Source: Guillardia theta CCMP2712
Lineage: Eukaryota > Protista > Cryptophyta
Assembly (NCBI RefSeq): GCF_000315625.1
Contig: NW_005434656.1
Span: 1 to 64,000, forward strand
Direction: 5' to 3'
DNA: 64,000 nt
Shown here: positions 8,305 to 21,338 of the stretch, piece after piece
Layout of the letters: every line of letters begins with the position of its first letter
Numbering within the stretch: position 1 is the first letter of the stretch
The notes under the pieces: generated by a model
The model's input: the letters and a program-made list of their open reading frames with translations, nothing else
The model's database searches: none
Told to the model about the DNA's origin: nothing
Made by a program: the position numbers and the translations under genes

Positions 8305-11300
8305 TTACTCTTGCTGTGCCGCGTCCATCTCATCCATCTTCGCTTGGATGAGCTCCCAAGCTTCATCTCGACAGACTCGGAGGCCAGTGATGACAATCAC
8401 TGGCTCCTCGTCGCTTATGTCGATCCTCGTCCCAGTAGTGTCCTCTATCTCCCTGATCCGCGAGCCCCCTGGTCCGATCAGGTATCTGCAGATCCTCTTA
8501 GCCAGGCACCGGAATAAACAGATACACTCTTAAGAACAGATCAAGGAATAATAAAGAAGAAAAGGAAGACAAACCGAAAACACAAACAGAATTGAAAAAC
8601 CAACGTGAACAATCGACAACAGAAGATCGAATACGGAGAAAGTGAAAAGGAAAGGAGAGGAGAGAGAAAAGAGAGAGAAAGCAGAAGGGAAAGAGCAAAG
8701 AGATAGGTAGCAACAAGTAGAGAGCAAGTTAGCCGGGTCCAGGTTGGTTTACCCATGGTAGCGTTGCTCGACGTAAAATTTCTCTTCAATTTCTTCCTTG
8801 AGGATCTATAGGAAAAGGAAATCTTAAAGCAGGCGACACACAGGGAAAACGTACCTCCTCCACCAAGGAAACTGCTTGCGCTCTGTCATCCTCCGCCCCT
8901 TTGATCACCACGCACGGCTGGGACCCTCCCATGAAGCTAATGACCGTTGAGCTTCGCTTCTCGATCCACGTCACCGTGCTGCCGCGAGGGCCGATAATGA
9001 CGCGATGCAGCCGCTCTTCGCAAGGGACTTTCGAGGTTCCATGCCCCCGAACCATGTCCTGCAGCATTCGCATAGCCGCTGACCTCTGAACGTCGGTTCC
9101 AGTGATGATGCAGTTGTCCACATCGATGCCTTTGATCTGAACACGAGCACCGCTGTCCTGCTCAACTTTCTTGATGCTCTTCCCATTCATGCCGATAATC
9201 AACGCGTGTAGTTCTCGAGGAATCGTCATGACGTCTTGCTCGCGAGAATTTCCCTGTGCGACCTGCTGCGCCAATGCAAAGGCAACTTTCCTATCCTCCT
9301 CTTTGCCGAATACGATCATAGCTGGCTCAGGGGTGGTCGAGAAGCATATCACTGTGTTGGACTCTTGTTCAATCTTATGAATCGTAGCGCCTTGCTTGCC
9401 GATGATGGCGTAATGCTTGCTCTCCTCCATTGGGAAGCGCTCGTGCTGGTTGTTTCTCTTCCATTCATCCACCTCCTTGACTACCCGACCTCGAGCCTCC
9501 GCATCCCCCTTGAGAATGAGATGAAACCTGCTCTCTGATACGACGCGTATCCAGCAACCAGTTCGCTTCTCAACTTCCTTCACATTCTTGCCATTGAGGC
9601 CGATGAAGCTCCTTAGCATGATGACAGGAAATTCAGCTTCGAAAAGAATCTCCTGTTCTTCCAAAGCAAGATAATGACGGATCTTCTCAAATGCTGCTCG
9701 CCTGTCTTTCTCTTTGCCTTTGATCTCAATGGTTGAATTCTTGAAGTTCAGCTTTGCCATCACCGAGCACTCTTCTTCCAGCATAACGATGAAGGACCCC
9801 CGTACACTTGAGATAGAATCAAAATCTTCATGGCTAAAAGTGTGAACGTCGACACCAGAAGCCTCAAGGAAATCACTGATAAGATCTCGTGCCAGCCTCC
9901 TCTGCTCGTTGGATCCCTTGACAATGATCGCCATGTCCTCTTTTGATTTCTGCGACAGAATCTCCTGCACATTCACTCCAAAACGTGACATCTCCATCGA
10001 ATTGTAATCGTCCAGCACGTGCACACGAGCTCCTGACATCATCTCGATCTCCTTTACGTATTTGCCCTTTGGACCCAGGATCGCACCAAAGCTGGAGGCT
10101 GGGAGGAAGAAATGCTCGAACTTTTCGTTTTCCAGGATGTCACGAGCAAGCTCGATGGCGGCAGAGCATTGCTGCTCTGATCCACACACGAGCATTCCTA
10201 TCTCTGCAGTCTCTTTGTCCGTCTGGAAGGAGATCCTAGCACCGCTCCTCTCTTCCATCCATCGAACGACCCTCCCCCTGACACCGATGAGACTTCCGTG
10301 CATGCTCTTGTCCAACGGCATGAATTCTGTCTTGGAGCCGCTCAGCCACTCGCGGATGAGCTTTACCACCTTGTCTTTCTCCACTTGAGACCCCGAGATC
10401 CTCAATCGCGGCCTTTCACCCTGATCGATCCTCACGATCGCTCCTGTCTGCTGCTCAATCTCTGCTATCTTTTGCCCCTTAAAGCCGATCAGGGCGCGAA
10501 GCTCAAAGACAGAGGCTTCCTTCCCGAGTATTTCATCAAGCAGCAGTTCATCCACCGACTGTTCCAGCCGCTCCTCTATCATTGCAAACGCACGATTGAT
10601 GGCATCAGGTGTGCCGCGCAAGAGAATACCAGAAAAATTTCCTTCTTGGTCCTCTACGCCATCTTCATCTTGAAGCTTGATAGCAGAGATGTACGTGCCC
10701 GTACTTGTTTCGATCTCTCGCATCTTCATTCCTTTCCGGCGCAGCAGCTCAGCGACCAAATCACTACTCAATTTCTTCGTGGCCGTGTACTTGCTCGAAT
10801 TGGAATACAGAAGCTCCTTCACCATGTTTGCGCCCGCTGCTCGCTGTTCCTCGTTGCCGCTAATCTGCAGATAGATCTCGTTGCCCTGGTTCTTCACGTT
10901 GAAGAAGCAGCCCGCCTCCTCCTCTAGCCAATTGAGATTCGCTCTTCTGGGTCCAACAAGCATGCGGCATAGATTGTTTGGGATAAGCAGCATGTCGCTC
11001 TCTTGCATGCCCAGAACCATCCTGGCGGTATCAATCGCTTTCTTGACCTCTTCTTTTTCTCCTCGCACGCGCATCTGCATGGAAGGTTCTCGTTCAATGC
11101 TTACCAAGGCTTCGCAACCTTCCTCAACTTTGCGTACGTTCTTACCACCATTAGCGAGCAAGGTATTGATTTCTTCGTCTTGAAGAGGAAGAATTTCCTC
11201 GACCATGGAGGCCATTCGCTCTTTGAAACGAGACCTAAGTTGCTCTATCACCTCCGGCGATCCGAAAGCAGTGAAGGAAATCGTTTTTCCATCGTTTCGG

Positions 11301-13173
11301 AAGCGAAGGGTGAGTCCTGCCTCCTCTTCGAGCTGCTTGATGAAGCTTCCTTTCATTCCTAACAGGCTGCGGACAAGCAGCTGGTCATTTCCGTGCTCGT
11401 AGACAAACACGTCTTGAGGCATAGAACTCTCCAGCACCGAGTTGAGGAGTACATTGACCTCTTCTTCATCCAAGTCGCGTCCTCGCACAATCCACCGTAG
11501 ATTCTCATTTTGCTCTCCTTTTTCAAGGCGAATGTCAGCATTCAGCTGCTCTCTCACCTCTGCAAGCTTCTTGAAATTCACCCGACTTTTTGCAAAGCTT
11601 TGAGGGACATCGAGCGAAATCATTTGAAGGTTTAATGTCATTTCTTCGATCTGCTCGATCGCAAGCTTGCATTGTTCCCTCGTTCCTCTGATCAACGCTC
11701 GACACATTGGGGTGGTTTCAATCTTGATTTTGGCTCCGGTGTCCTCCTGCAGCTGACGGATAGTTGCTCCCTTCTTCCCGATGATCACTCCGACCAAATC
11801 CTCGTCGACGTCGATGACTACCTGCACTATTAAGCTTTCTCCCATCCTCTGCGGTTTGTCCATGATTTGCTCCAGCTGTACCTCTTCAATCGACGAACTA
11901 GATACCGGATCCGTCTGTGTGCTCTCCATCGCTCCTCCCTCCTCCTTTGCGCCAAATGCACGCAGAGGTGGTCCGCTGAGGACCTCCGTCCCAGTCGAAG
12001 TATCATCCTCCTGCATGCCGCTCAACGCAATCAGAGAGTCCCGGACAATATCTGCGTGACCCAGGAAAGGCTCTTGCCGCAAGATCTTCACGAATCTTTT
12101 GCTCGATACGTCGATGATGAACGTCTGTCGCTCCATTGTCACCCCGGTTCCAGCAGCCTTGGGATCCCACAACTTGAGAGCATGCATAAGCCGCCGATCG
12201 GGATCAGAGACGAAAGAAAAGAGCTTCAGTTTGAATTTGTTGAGCATCTTCACGTGCAATCCGCTGCAAGCTTAAACGTCATGCTCTCCGCCTCGAATTC
12301 AACTATTGCTCACCTGGGCTCGGGCGATACAGCGATACAGCTGACAGCTGGGAGACGGCTTCCAAGCTTGTTCTGGATGTCGATGAGCAGCTTTGTCCAG
12401 TTGTCTGATGCGGATCCTGAGTGCCGTGAAGGCTCGGGAACAATCAGCAAGAGTTTCTTCCCCATCGACTCCAACTCGCTGAGATCAATGGGCTTATCCT
12501 CATTATCAACCAGCTGCTGGAACAGATCGAGAGGAACGTCGTCTCCTTCCTCGAAGGATTTCACAGAGACGACGTTGGTACTATCAGTGTTGCTGGCTGA
12601 CTTTGAGATGCTGTAGGACGGACGGACCAGGTTCGGGGTCTTAGCAGCCTCAGCATCCTTGTGCTCTTCCAATGGCTCTGTTTTCTTGCCTTTCAAGTAC
12701 GCGTCCATCTGAGCATAAGAAGGAATACTTGGCTTGGCCTGCATCTTGGTGGTTTCTTCAACACTTTCTTCTCTCGAGCTTTCGCCCTTCGTCACCAAAT
12801 CTTTTTTCGCTTCTTCCTTCTTGCCGCCGCTCATTGAAGCCCAAGACCCTTTCGGTGCCTTAAGCTTCTTCATCCCAGAATCACGGCCTGACTTCTCCAA
12901 CAGATCATCGAACTGCTTTCGGAGTTGGTCATCGTCATCTTGTTGGACGGCAGCTCGGATAGGCATCGATGCTCCTCTTCGAAATGTGCCAGCGACCTTC
13001 GGCCTGCAGGATCCTGTTGCGCGTTGCTGTGAAAGGGGAGGAATACATCTCCAAGGGCTTGACAGCGAACCTTTCCCTCGCAAAACTGTAGGAATAAAAC
13101 ACTCGACATGCGTGTTGGAGCCGGACAAAGCAGCTGAAATAAGGATGACAGGCAGCCATCTGGTTCCAGACAT
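8305..13173 (-). CDS. Plastid-targeted protein: peroxiredoxin(BCP/PrxQ)-like fold + ~15 KH domains (vigilin-like)
   Basis: Signal MSGTRWLPVILISAALSGSNTHVEC|F; 50-nt intron 12264-12313 joins the 335-aa and 1157-aa ORFs in frame; repeated IIGxxG KH motifs; final exons give YHGYLIGPGGSRI...QQE*. Confidence 0.88.
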
Positions 13174-14017
13174 TCTGTGCGGCATATGTAACTTGTTGCC
13201 GAGAGGAATGTGGATAGGGGACAGAAGCAAGGAACGCAGGGAGGGAGGGGAGCTACACAAGAGAAGAAAAGGAAGGGACAGCAAACCAGTCGCGACGCTC
13301 ACACCTGCTCGCCTCACGCTCCTTTTCCTCCACTGCCTCGAAGCGCATGCGCCATGTCCGGCCCCCTTCTAGGATTGGGGTGGAATAGCAAAGATGAGGG
13401 GGGTTGGGGGTCTACACAGCGGAGGGTAGGGTTGTTCTTTCTGTAATGGGTCAGGAACAAACAGGGGTACATGATGAATTGTCAGTAAAATGGTTGGGTA
13501 GGAGGTAGATGGGGGTAGGGTAAGGGGGTGGGCTTTAGGAGATACGATACGGCTTGCCTATGGACACAAGATTGATCCAGATTGCGACGGTGAGCGGCAA
13601 TGCTGAAGAATGAGATCGAAGAAGAGAGCCAGTACAAGCGTTTGTAAGCATGAGACATAGGGATTAGAACCAGTAGCCAATGATCAACCGATGGCAAAGC
13701 TAGGCTTGTCCAGAGCTTCTTCAGTCGTAGAAGGACACATCTTGCAAGAAGCCGATGCAGTGGGAGAGTGATGTGGAAGGTTCCAGTGTCTGGCTAATGG
13801 AAAAGGATGACGTTTCGACTGTCAGGTTCAAGCTGTTTGTCTGCTTGCATCTGGATGAATCTGCTCACCTCTGCCATACTAGTTCTATCAAGAGTGTCGA
13901 GGTGGTGATATGCTCGAAGAGGCTGTGCATTGATCACTGATCAGCCGTACTTTCTTCAAGCTTCTTCTTGTGCTGTTCTGTGTCACAGCTGCCGCAAACA
14001 GCATCACCTCCGGGATT

Positions 14018-16455
14018 ATGTCGCTCGAACAAGACATCCTGACTGCAGAGAAGCGGAATGAAGAAGGAAACTTGCTGTACAGAAACAAGAGATTTGACGA
14101 AGCATGCTCACAATATAGCGATGCAATTGTCCTGCTTGAGCTGCATGCGCAACAAACTCAAGAAGCTCACCAGCATCTCTGCAAATACCTGAGCAATAGG
14201 TAATTGTTTTCTTGCGTTTTCGAGCTTCTTATCATTTGGCAGAGCAGCAGCATATCTTGCTTCAGGATACGATGCTGAAGCTGTCAAAGATTGTACATCT
14301 GCTCTTGCCATGGATCCTATGCTGGACAAGGCTCTTCTTCGAAGAGGGTGAACGCTGACGTTGACGCTGAATGTGCGCTGACTTTGAGTTAGCCTGGGCC
14401 TTGAAAGTCTTGGAAGACATGCAGAAAGTCTGCAAGATGTCGAGGCTTTGCTGAAGCGAGCAGAGTGAACTTCTTGCTCAGTGAGAGGCCGTCAAAGCTG
14501 AGCAGGATGCAGTTGGGGGTCGCCAATTGCAACGAAGGGACTGGAGCTGAAAAGAAGACTTCAGCGTGTTTTGAACCAGGTCACCTCCAATACTCCACAT
14601 CTCGTTCCTCATGACGAGCGATATAGGAGAAGAACTCAGAGGAACAACCGGTTCCAAGCCATTTGTTCAGTAAAGAACAGGCAACTTGTTGACTTCCTTG
14701 CTTCTCTGCCATGTGACGATCTGCAGATTCTTCGTCTTAACTTCCGCACTTTACCGCCATCGGAAGTTTCAAAGGTGATCATTAGCGACGAGAAAAGCAA
14801 GAATATGAAATTCCTGCAAAATTTTAGGAAAGATTCTTCGAAATATCAGTTTATGTTGCCAATGAATTCGGCCTCTTCAGTCACAGAGAATTTTCTAAGT
14901 CATCTCAGGAAATTTGAGTACATCACAAATGTTTATGATATTTACTGGATAATTGTACAGTCGGACCTAGCCTGCATAGAAGTGTCAATGATCGGCGATG
15001 ATCCAGAAGTCAAACTCGAAGTCAAAAATGACAACAATGTAAGGAATGTGTCAAGTGCAAGCCATTATTTGATGATTGTGAGAAGCTCACCTTGGACACG
15101 AGAGGGAGAGCAACATTCGATCTGAGATTCGTTGGCAGTGAACGCATGAGTTCGTCCTCAAATCTTTCAGACTTACAGGCTGACAATTCTTCTGCAGAAA
15201 TTCGATCGAGAGCAACATTATGCGTTCGCTTAAAGAAGGGGGAGGGCGTCATGGGGCGGACAGTGCTGACACTTATGTCGCTTCCAATTACTGTATTGGC
15301 TGAGGTATCCTTTCGTTTCATGACAAGCTCTCAAAATTGGCAAAGGTTGGAAGTATCACTCCCTTCAGCACGGGGCTTGCTGGGTGACTATTCATGATGA
15401 TATAAGCAAACTTGCCTGACCTTTTGGTTCAGATGCATGAGCGGAAGGGGAATCGACTTGCCTCATCTTGACAGCGCAGTCGGTGAAATTTGTTTTCTAT
15501 TACGGCCAATTCTGACTTGTTAAAGTGATACTGGAGAATCCAGATAGTGGAATTCCAGGAAAGGTGTGGAACGATCAGGGTAACCGACGAGATATCTGAT
15601 TGCTCTCTAGATCTGGGATGGTGGTCTTATCCTAACAGAATATTTGTCATCCAGCAGCCATGAGGTCTTGTCTCAACTTTTCCTGGTATTCCATGATGCC
15701 TGCAGGTCCAAGGAAAATCCTGCCTGGAGTTGGGAGCAGGAACAGGTCAGATGTCATCACCTTGAACCCAAGGCGCTCATCCTGCGTAAGGAATTGTTGG
15801 CGTTAGCTGCTATTGCCTTGGAGCCGCACGTGTCACCATCACGGATCTTCATGAGCATGTCTGAGAGTGTTTGAATGGATGAGGCGGCTGTGGTAATCGT
15901 GTCCTCTAGATTGAGTTGATAAGTGCAAATATTGAGGCCAATGGTCCTCTTTTGTCCTCTCAGAGCTCGCAGAAGTCAGCAAGGAATCCTCAGAAAGACG
16001 TCAACGTGGCAGCTCTTAGATGGGGAGAGAACTTGGGACACTTAAAAACAACACCAGGAGGGTTTGATCTCATTCTTGGATCAGATATTGTATACGAGCC
16101 ACACTGTTTTGCGCCTCTGGTGGAGGTCGTTTGAAATCATGCTGGTACACAAATGAACTCATTTTGAGATCCAGACGTTGCGATATTATACTGGCACTGG
16201 CAAGAAAGCTCTCATAGCTCACAGACCTCGACATTCCGAAGAGTAACTTCAGTCATGCATTTCACTCCGACTAATCACTGTTACAAGGTTTCGCTTCTGG
16301 GACGAGGTCAAGCAGGACTTTGATGTGACTGAAGAGTGTTTGTCAATCAGACCTAACGATGTTTCTAGGTAAAGGTCGTGAACTTCAAGAGCAAGAAATA
16401 TCCTCATGTTACAGATGTCACAATCTACGAGTTATTTCGTATAGCATCTCAGTGA
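14018..16455 (+). CDS. TPR-containing METTL21-family (class I SAM) lysine methyltransferase
   Basis: N-terminal TPR (KRNEEGNLLYRNKRFDEACSQYSDAI...YLSNRAAAY); IWDGGLIL, CLELGAGTG, LRWGE, FDLILGSDIVY motifs across exons. Confidence 0.85.
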
Positions 16456-17304
16456 CCGTGCAGCAAGGGGAACTGAACGAATTCAAATCGATTCATTGAT
16501 ATGTTGCATTGAAGTAAAACTTGGGGATTCTTTCGTAGAGAACATGCTTTCTGGCACTGATGAAGAAACTTGAACTCATTTAAGGCTGCACCATCGGGTT
16601 GCTGTAATCTTCATCGCCGCCTGTTGCTCATGATTACAAATCCCCAAGACCATATCAGAAGTTTTCGTCAAAAAATACGACCTTCAGCAGGTGCAGCGCC
16701 TGCTGGCTTGGAGCACATACCAGTCGTCTGAGGTAAATTTGTTACACAAAATTCTTATCTACAAAGAAATTGCAACTTACAAAGTCTTGGCCTACAGACT
16801 GATGCATAAAGTAGTTGAAAAGAAAAAGCATAATTTCAATGGAAATTTAATAATCATGCATCGAACTTACCCACTGAAAATAAACAATCAGAACATCCAA
16901 CACACTATGCAATCACGAAGCATACCGTCTTGACGAGCCAGCTCTTATGCTCATTTGTTCCATTCACAACCACGCATGGCTTCAATCCGAGTTGCGTGAG
17001 CGCAAGAAGAGCGAACATCTTGTGACAATATCAGCTTTCTAACACGATAATAAGAAAAAACAGAAGTGGTGTTAGGAATGAATATCTATTATGCACATAG
17101 CTAATGCCCCATCGTCCCAAGACAGTGGCAGTGTGCTGCTCCTTCAAACTTGACTTGCACTAAATCTAGTTTGTGATCAAAACAAATTCTGCTGTCTGCT
17201 TCAACAGTCTGATCATTCTCCAACCACTCTTGCTTGCTGCACCGCGTCACGCCTTGAAATTTCGACGGAAACAATCTGAGAGGCCTGAGATCTATCCTGT
17301 CAAC

Positions 17305-17359
17305 ACAGAAAATCATCAGGTCCAAGGACACCGTGTCCTTGGACCTGATGATTGTCTGT
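17305..17359. repeat. Near-perfect inverted repeat (21-bp perfect arms, 1-nt spacer; 27 bp with one mismatch)
   Basis: aatcatcaggtccaaggacac-c-gtgtccttggacctgatgatt. Confidence 0.95.
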
Positions 17360-17632
17360 CTGCGTGATCCATGCTGTCTCAAACGCGGCTCATTGCGCTT
17401 TCCTGCTGCACCCGAAATAGACTCTCGCATCACCCTACCCCCAGGTTACTCAGTGAGTTGGGACCCCATAATTACTGGGTCATCAGTACGGTAGTCACGG
17501 CAGTACCGCAGCGGATAAAGTAAAACAAATGGTCGAGCTAATCAATATATTGGATTGAAAAAACGAAGTTAGAGATAGATGTTTGGCATAGATACAAAGG
17601 AGGGTGCTTCTTTCTAGGACAAGGGAAACAAC

Positions 17633-19143
17633 ATGATACCGGCATTGAAGTCCAGCATCATTTGGCGAAGTTTCCTGGTGTGCCTTCTATCCAGACCATC
17701 GCAATCTTTCATCTCCACCAAGTTGCTTCCAAGCGAAAGGCTCAAATATTTCCACAATATTCAAAAACGCCTACAGATCTCATGCACACGTGCAAATAGT
17801 GAATCTTCCAACATCAAACTCCCTAATACATATCGAGCACTTTGGGCAGACAAAGCAGGAAGCAGCTTTCGCGAGGTGGTGGTGTTGAGGGAGAAAGAGT
17901 TTCCTCAAATAAGTTCAGATGAGGTTTTGATTGAAGGTGAAATTGTGTCCCTTTCACTGTAGTCAGGTAACATGTGTCAGTCAAGTACGCAGGTGTGAAT
18001 GGAGGATGCGAGACATTCAGAGCTCGAGGAGAACATTGGTTTGCTAGGAACAGAGAGTCCGCTGTTGGATTTCCCCTCGGTGCGGAAGGAGTTGGCAAGG
18101 TAGTTCAGAAAGGCAAGGACGTGGCGGAAGTGGAGGTCGGCGACTCAGTTGCGTTCGTCGGAGGAGCATTCTCAGAGTATGTTGTGCACAAGAGCGAATC
18201 TGTGGTGAAGGTGGTTCATGATGTTGTTTATGCACAGCTTTGACGTACATGCAAGGTTCCAGCAGCCAATCCGGAAGCTGTAGCTTGCAGGATATCAGGC
18301 CTCACTGCTTACGGGGCTGTTTTGGATGCTGGAAGAGCTGCACCACGCCAGACTATACTGATAACCGCAGCTGCCGGTGCCGCAGGGTCGTTTGCTGTGC
18401 AATTTGCGAAGCAAGCAGGATGCAATGTGATCGGAACCTGCAGCTCAAAAGAGAAAGCGCAGGTGTTGTGCAAGCTAGGATGTGATCATATCATCAATTA
18501 CAAGACGAGGAATTTGGATGAGGTGAGATAGCCCGGCTACATGCTAAAACATGACATGATGGTCCAGTTTCTTCGGTCGAAGTTTCCCGAAGGAGTGGAT
18601 CTTGTTATCGAGCATGTTGGAGGACAAATGTTTCGCACTGCCTTCTCTCATCTTAAACCCGGAGGACGACTAGTTTTGGTCGGTTACATCAGTGAGGTTT
18701 GTGTTTCTTTAACTGTTTTTTTCTCATATCGTAACTAGTTGGAACAGTATCCACATAACCCGAATGCAAGCGATGAAACACATCATACGCTTGATTTCGA
18801 CTTACCGTCGATTTTTTGGAAGGTTGAGAGTTGTTTCGAATTTTGTGAAATTCACGCCCGTTGAAGCAACAAACAATTGAAAGAGACAACAAAACAATCG
18901 TCGGCAAGCTTTTTTCATCACACGAATCAGTCTTGTCTTGCAGGCAAAAGGTATTGGGAATTCAAAAGATACATTTTTCATCAAAATTGTCTGTTTTTGC
19001 AGGTATTCGAGCAACTCGGCGCGGATTCTCTCAAGGTGCTAGTTGACTCAAAGCATTTTGAGGGGCTTGAAAACATTGCCGATGCTGTTGATCACATGCT
19101 GAGTGGAAAAACTGTTGGTAAAGTTGTTGTGAAAATTTCGTGA
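17633..19143 (+). CDS. MDR-family NADPH oxidoreductase (PTGR3/ZADH2-like) with N-terminal presequence
   Basis: VKYAGVNG, PLGAEGVG, ILITAAAGAAGSFAVQFAK, GVDLVIEHVGG, GLENIADAVDHMLSGKTVGKVVV. Confidence 0.9.
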
Positions 19144-19210
19144 GAAGTTTTCAAATGCTAGAATTGTTTGTATTGCAGGTCCACACGTAAACTTTGGTTC
19201 TGTACTCATT

Positions 19211-20329
19211 TCAGTTTCGCTCTTTCACGACTTTGCTACTGTGCACATTCTGATCATGAATTTTCCCCAAGTTTCTTTTTCTCTGCCATCTGTTTCCGTT
19301 GAGACATACCTCTTGCCCTTGACTGTATTTTCACTGCTGCAACGTTCTGTCGTGCCAGATCGAATTCCTCGGGCAAGTGCTGAGCTTCCTCGATTTTGCT
19401 AGAATCTGTATTTGGATCCGCCTCTGATAAGGTATCTTGATTCCTGGTTTTATGTCGTCTACCCGCAGTCTTCGACTTGACATGACGCTGCCTACTAATT
19501 GCCTGCCATTACAACAAGCATTTCATCATATTACCACGGTTCGACCAAGTGTCACGCAAGCCGTCTCGATCAAATTTACCTGAATTCTTATCACTGCGAC
19601 GTGTTCTCTTGCTGCGTCTGCTTCTTGTTTGCTAAGTCCGAATATCATCGCAAAGTCTTCCCAGCTCAAAAACTAAGCAACCATTATGAGAATCTTCAAT
19701 GAAACGTCGTACTGAATACACCTGTTTGTTCAATACTTGCAATTTGTCCAACAAATTCTTTGAGAGCCCTTGTACATTTTCTGGGATTCTCCTTGTCAAT
19801 CTGTAAGGCAACTCTAATTTGTCTCTGGTTTGACCTCCTTGCATCTGAAATGCAGTCATGCCAAAAATTGCAGTCTCCCCAGTCAGTTACAAAGTCAATT
19901 AGCTTCTGACGAGAAATCGAATTCGAACTTTCGATGTCAAGCTTCACAAACCTGGAATAAGAGTAAACAATTGCGACGCATTATTGACAACAAATGAAAT
20001 ACAGATCTCTTAGCCACAAATGGCTCTGATGACGAAGCTGTTTTACTCTTCGAGCATCTCTCTTTCTACGCCCTAAGGCCTGTATCTTGGTAGCTGCCAT
20101 CTCCTGCATAGTATATCATGTGTTTCCTGATGTACTCAGATAATAGTTGCAAGGTTACCATTTCAATGCGATTCTCTCTGTTCACTTCTCTAAGCTTCTC
20201 AGCTACAAATAATACGGGATCTGCCGGTCTCTGTTGCAATAATGTTTGCAAGGCTTCCTTGATAGCTTTTTCAAGCAGTGGATAATCGTTACGCATGGAT
20301 TGCATCACTTCCGTAATATTCCCAACCAT
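19211..20329 (-). CDS. Dpy-30/RIIa-type dimerisation-docking domain protein with EF-hand-like segment
   Basis: PLLEKAIKEALQTLLQQRPADPVLFVAEKL; FVKLDIESSNSISRQKL; 3' end approximate. Confidence 0.6.
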
Positions 20330-20639
20330 AGTTTCTTTTAAGCTCTCAAACTTTGATTCCGCCAGCCCCTCAAGAGTCCGTGAAGGTCAGCTCGCTGACT
20401 GTCACGCCGTCTGCCACCTGCCGATCTTACTGACTCTATGAGGGCCTCCGTGTCAACGTTGTGACAGTGAGCAGCCTCGCTGGCACTTCCGCGCGTCTCT
20501 GAATGAAAGCGGCGCGACCTACGAACCGTACCTGAGCCTGTAGTTTAATAACCGTTCAACCGTTCAGTATTCTGGTTTTCAAGTTAACTTTGAGTAGTAA
20601 CTCTACTCTGAAATATACTACTATGATAGCGGACTCAAA

Positions 20640-21090
20640 GTTTCCGAAGTTCCATGACGGTGGCCAGGCAGCCAGGCTACTCCGCCGCAGCCGTGGGCCA
20701 CCCGGTGACGGTTGCCGCTGTGAGGCACTGCGGCAACCGTTGTGATTCAATGATCGGATTCAACCATCGGGACTGCGGGGGAGGGGAGGTGGTGGGCTCT
20801 AATCAGTGACGCGACTAAGTCCACCCCCTCCCCTCCCCCGCAGTTCCGATGGTTGAGGGCCTCTGAGACTTCAACGGCGGAAGGCCCGCGGGGGGCGGGG
20901 CCCGCGCGGCGGCGGCGACGCGGCGCGGCCGTGACTGCGGCCCCCCGGCACTCGCGGCGGCGGCGCGGCCGCCCGGCCCGTGTCCACCGGGACGCGGCAG
21001 GGCAAGTACCGGGCCGCGGGAGTCGCTCCCGGTCACTCAGTGAGTCCGACGGCCGCGCCGCGGGCCGGGCCGTGATCATCCGGGAGTAAA
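20640..21090. other. Very GC-rich intergenic island between divergent genes
   Basis: Dense CG/GGCC/CCGG and TGAC/GTCA words; similar islands at ~5620-5850, 42900-43380, 63400-64000. Confidence 0.5.
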
Positions 21091-21338
21091 CCGCTAACTA
21101 AACCTCTACTCTTCTCACACGCAGCTCACACGCCCATTCTTTTCTCCTCTCATCGCCCCCTCGCCCCTTTTCCAGGCAGCAAGGTTGAGCATTTAGAGCT
21201 TTCACCCACCTCCGTCCTCTCTATCACGATTCCCACCAGTCTCATTTGATCAACTGTATTCACCTGAATTCCTTGTTTCAAGTGAACAAAATACCACGCT
21301 ACATTGAAAGGCAAAAATCTTCAGCGGTAGAAATCAAT

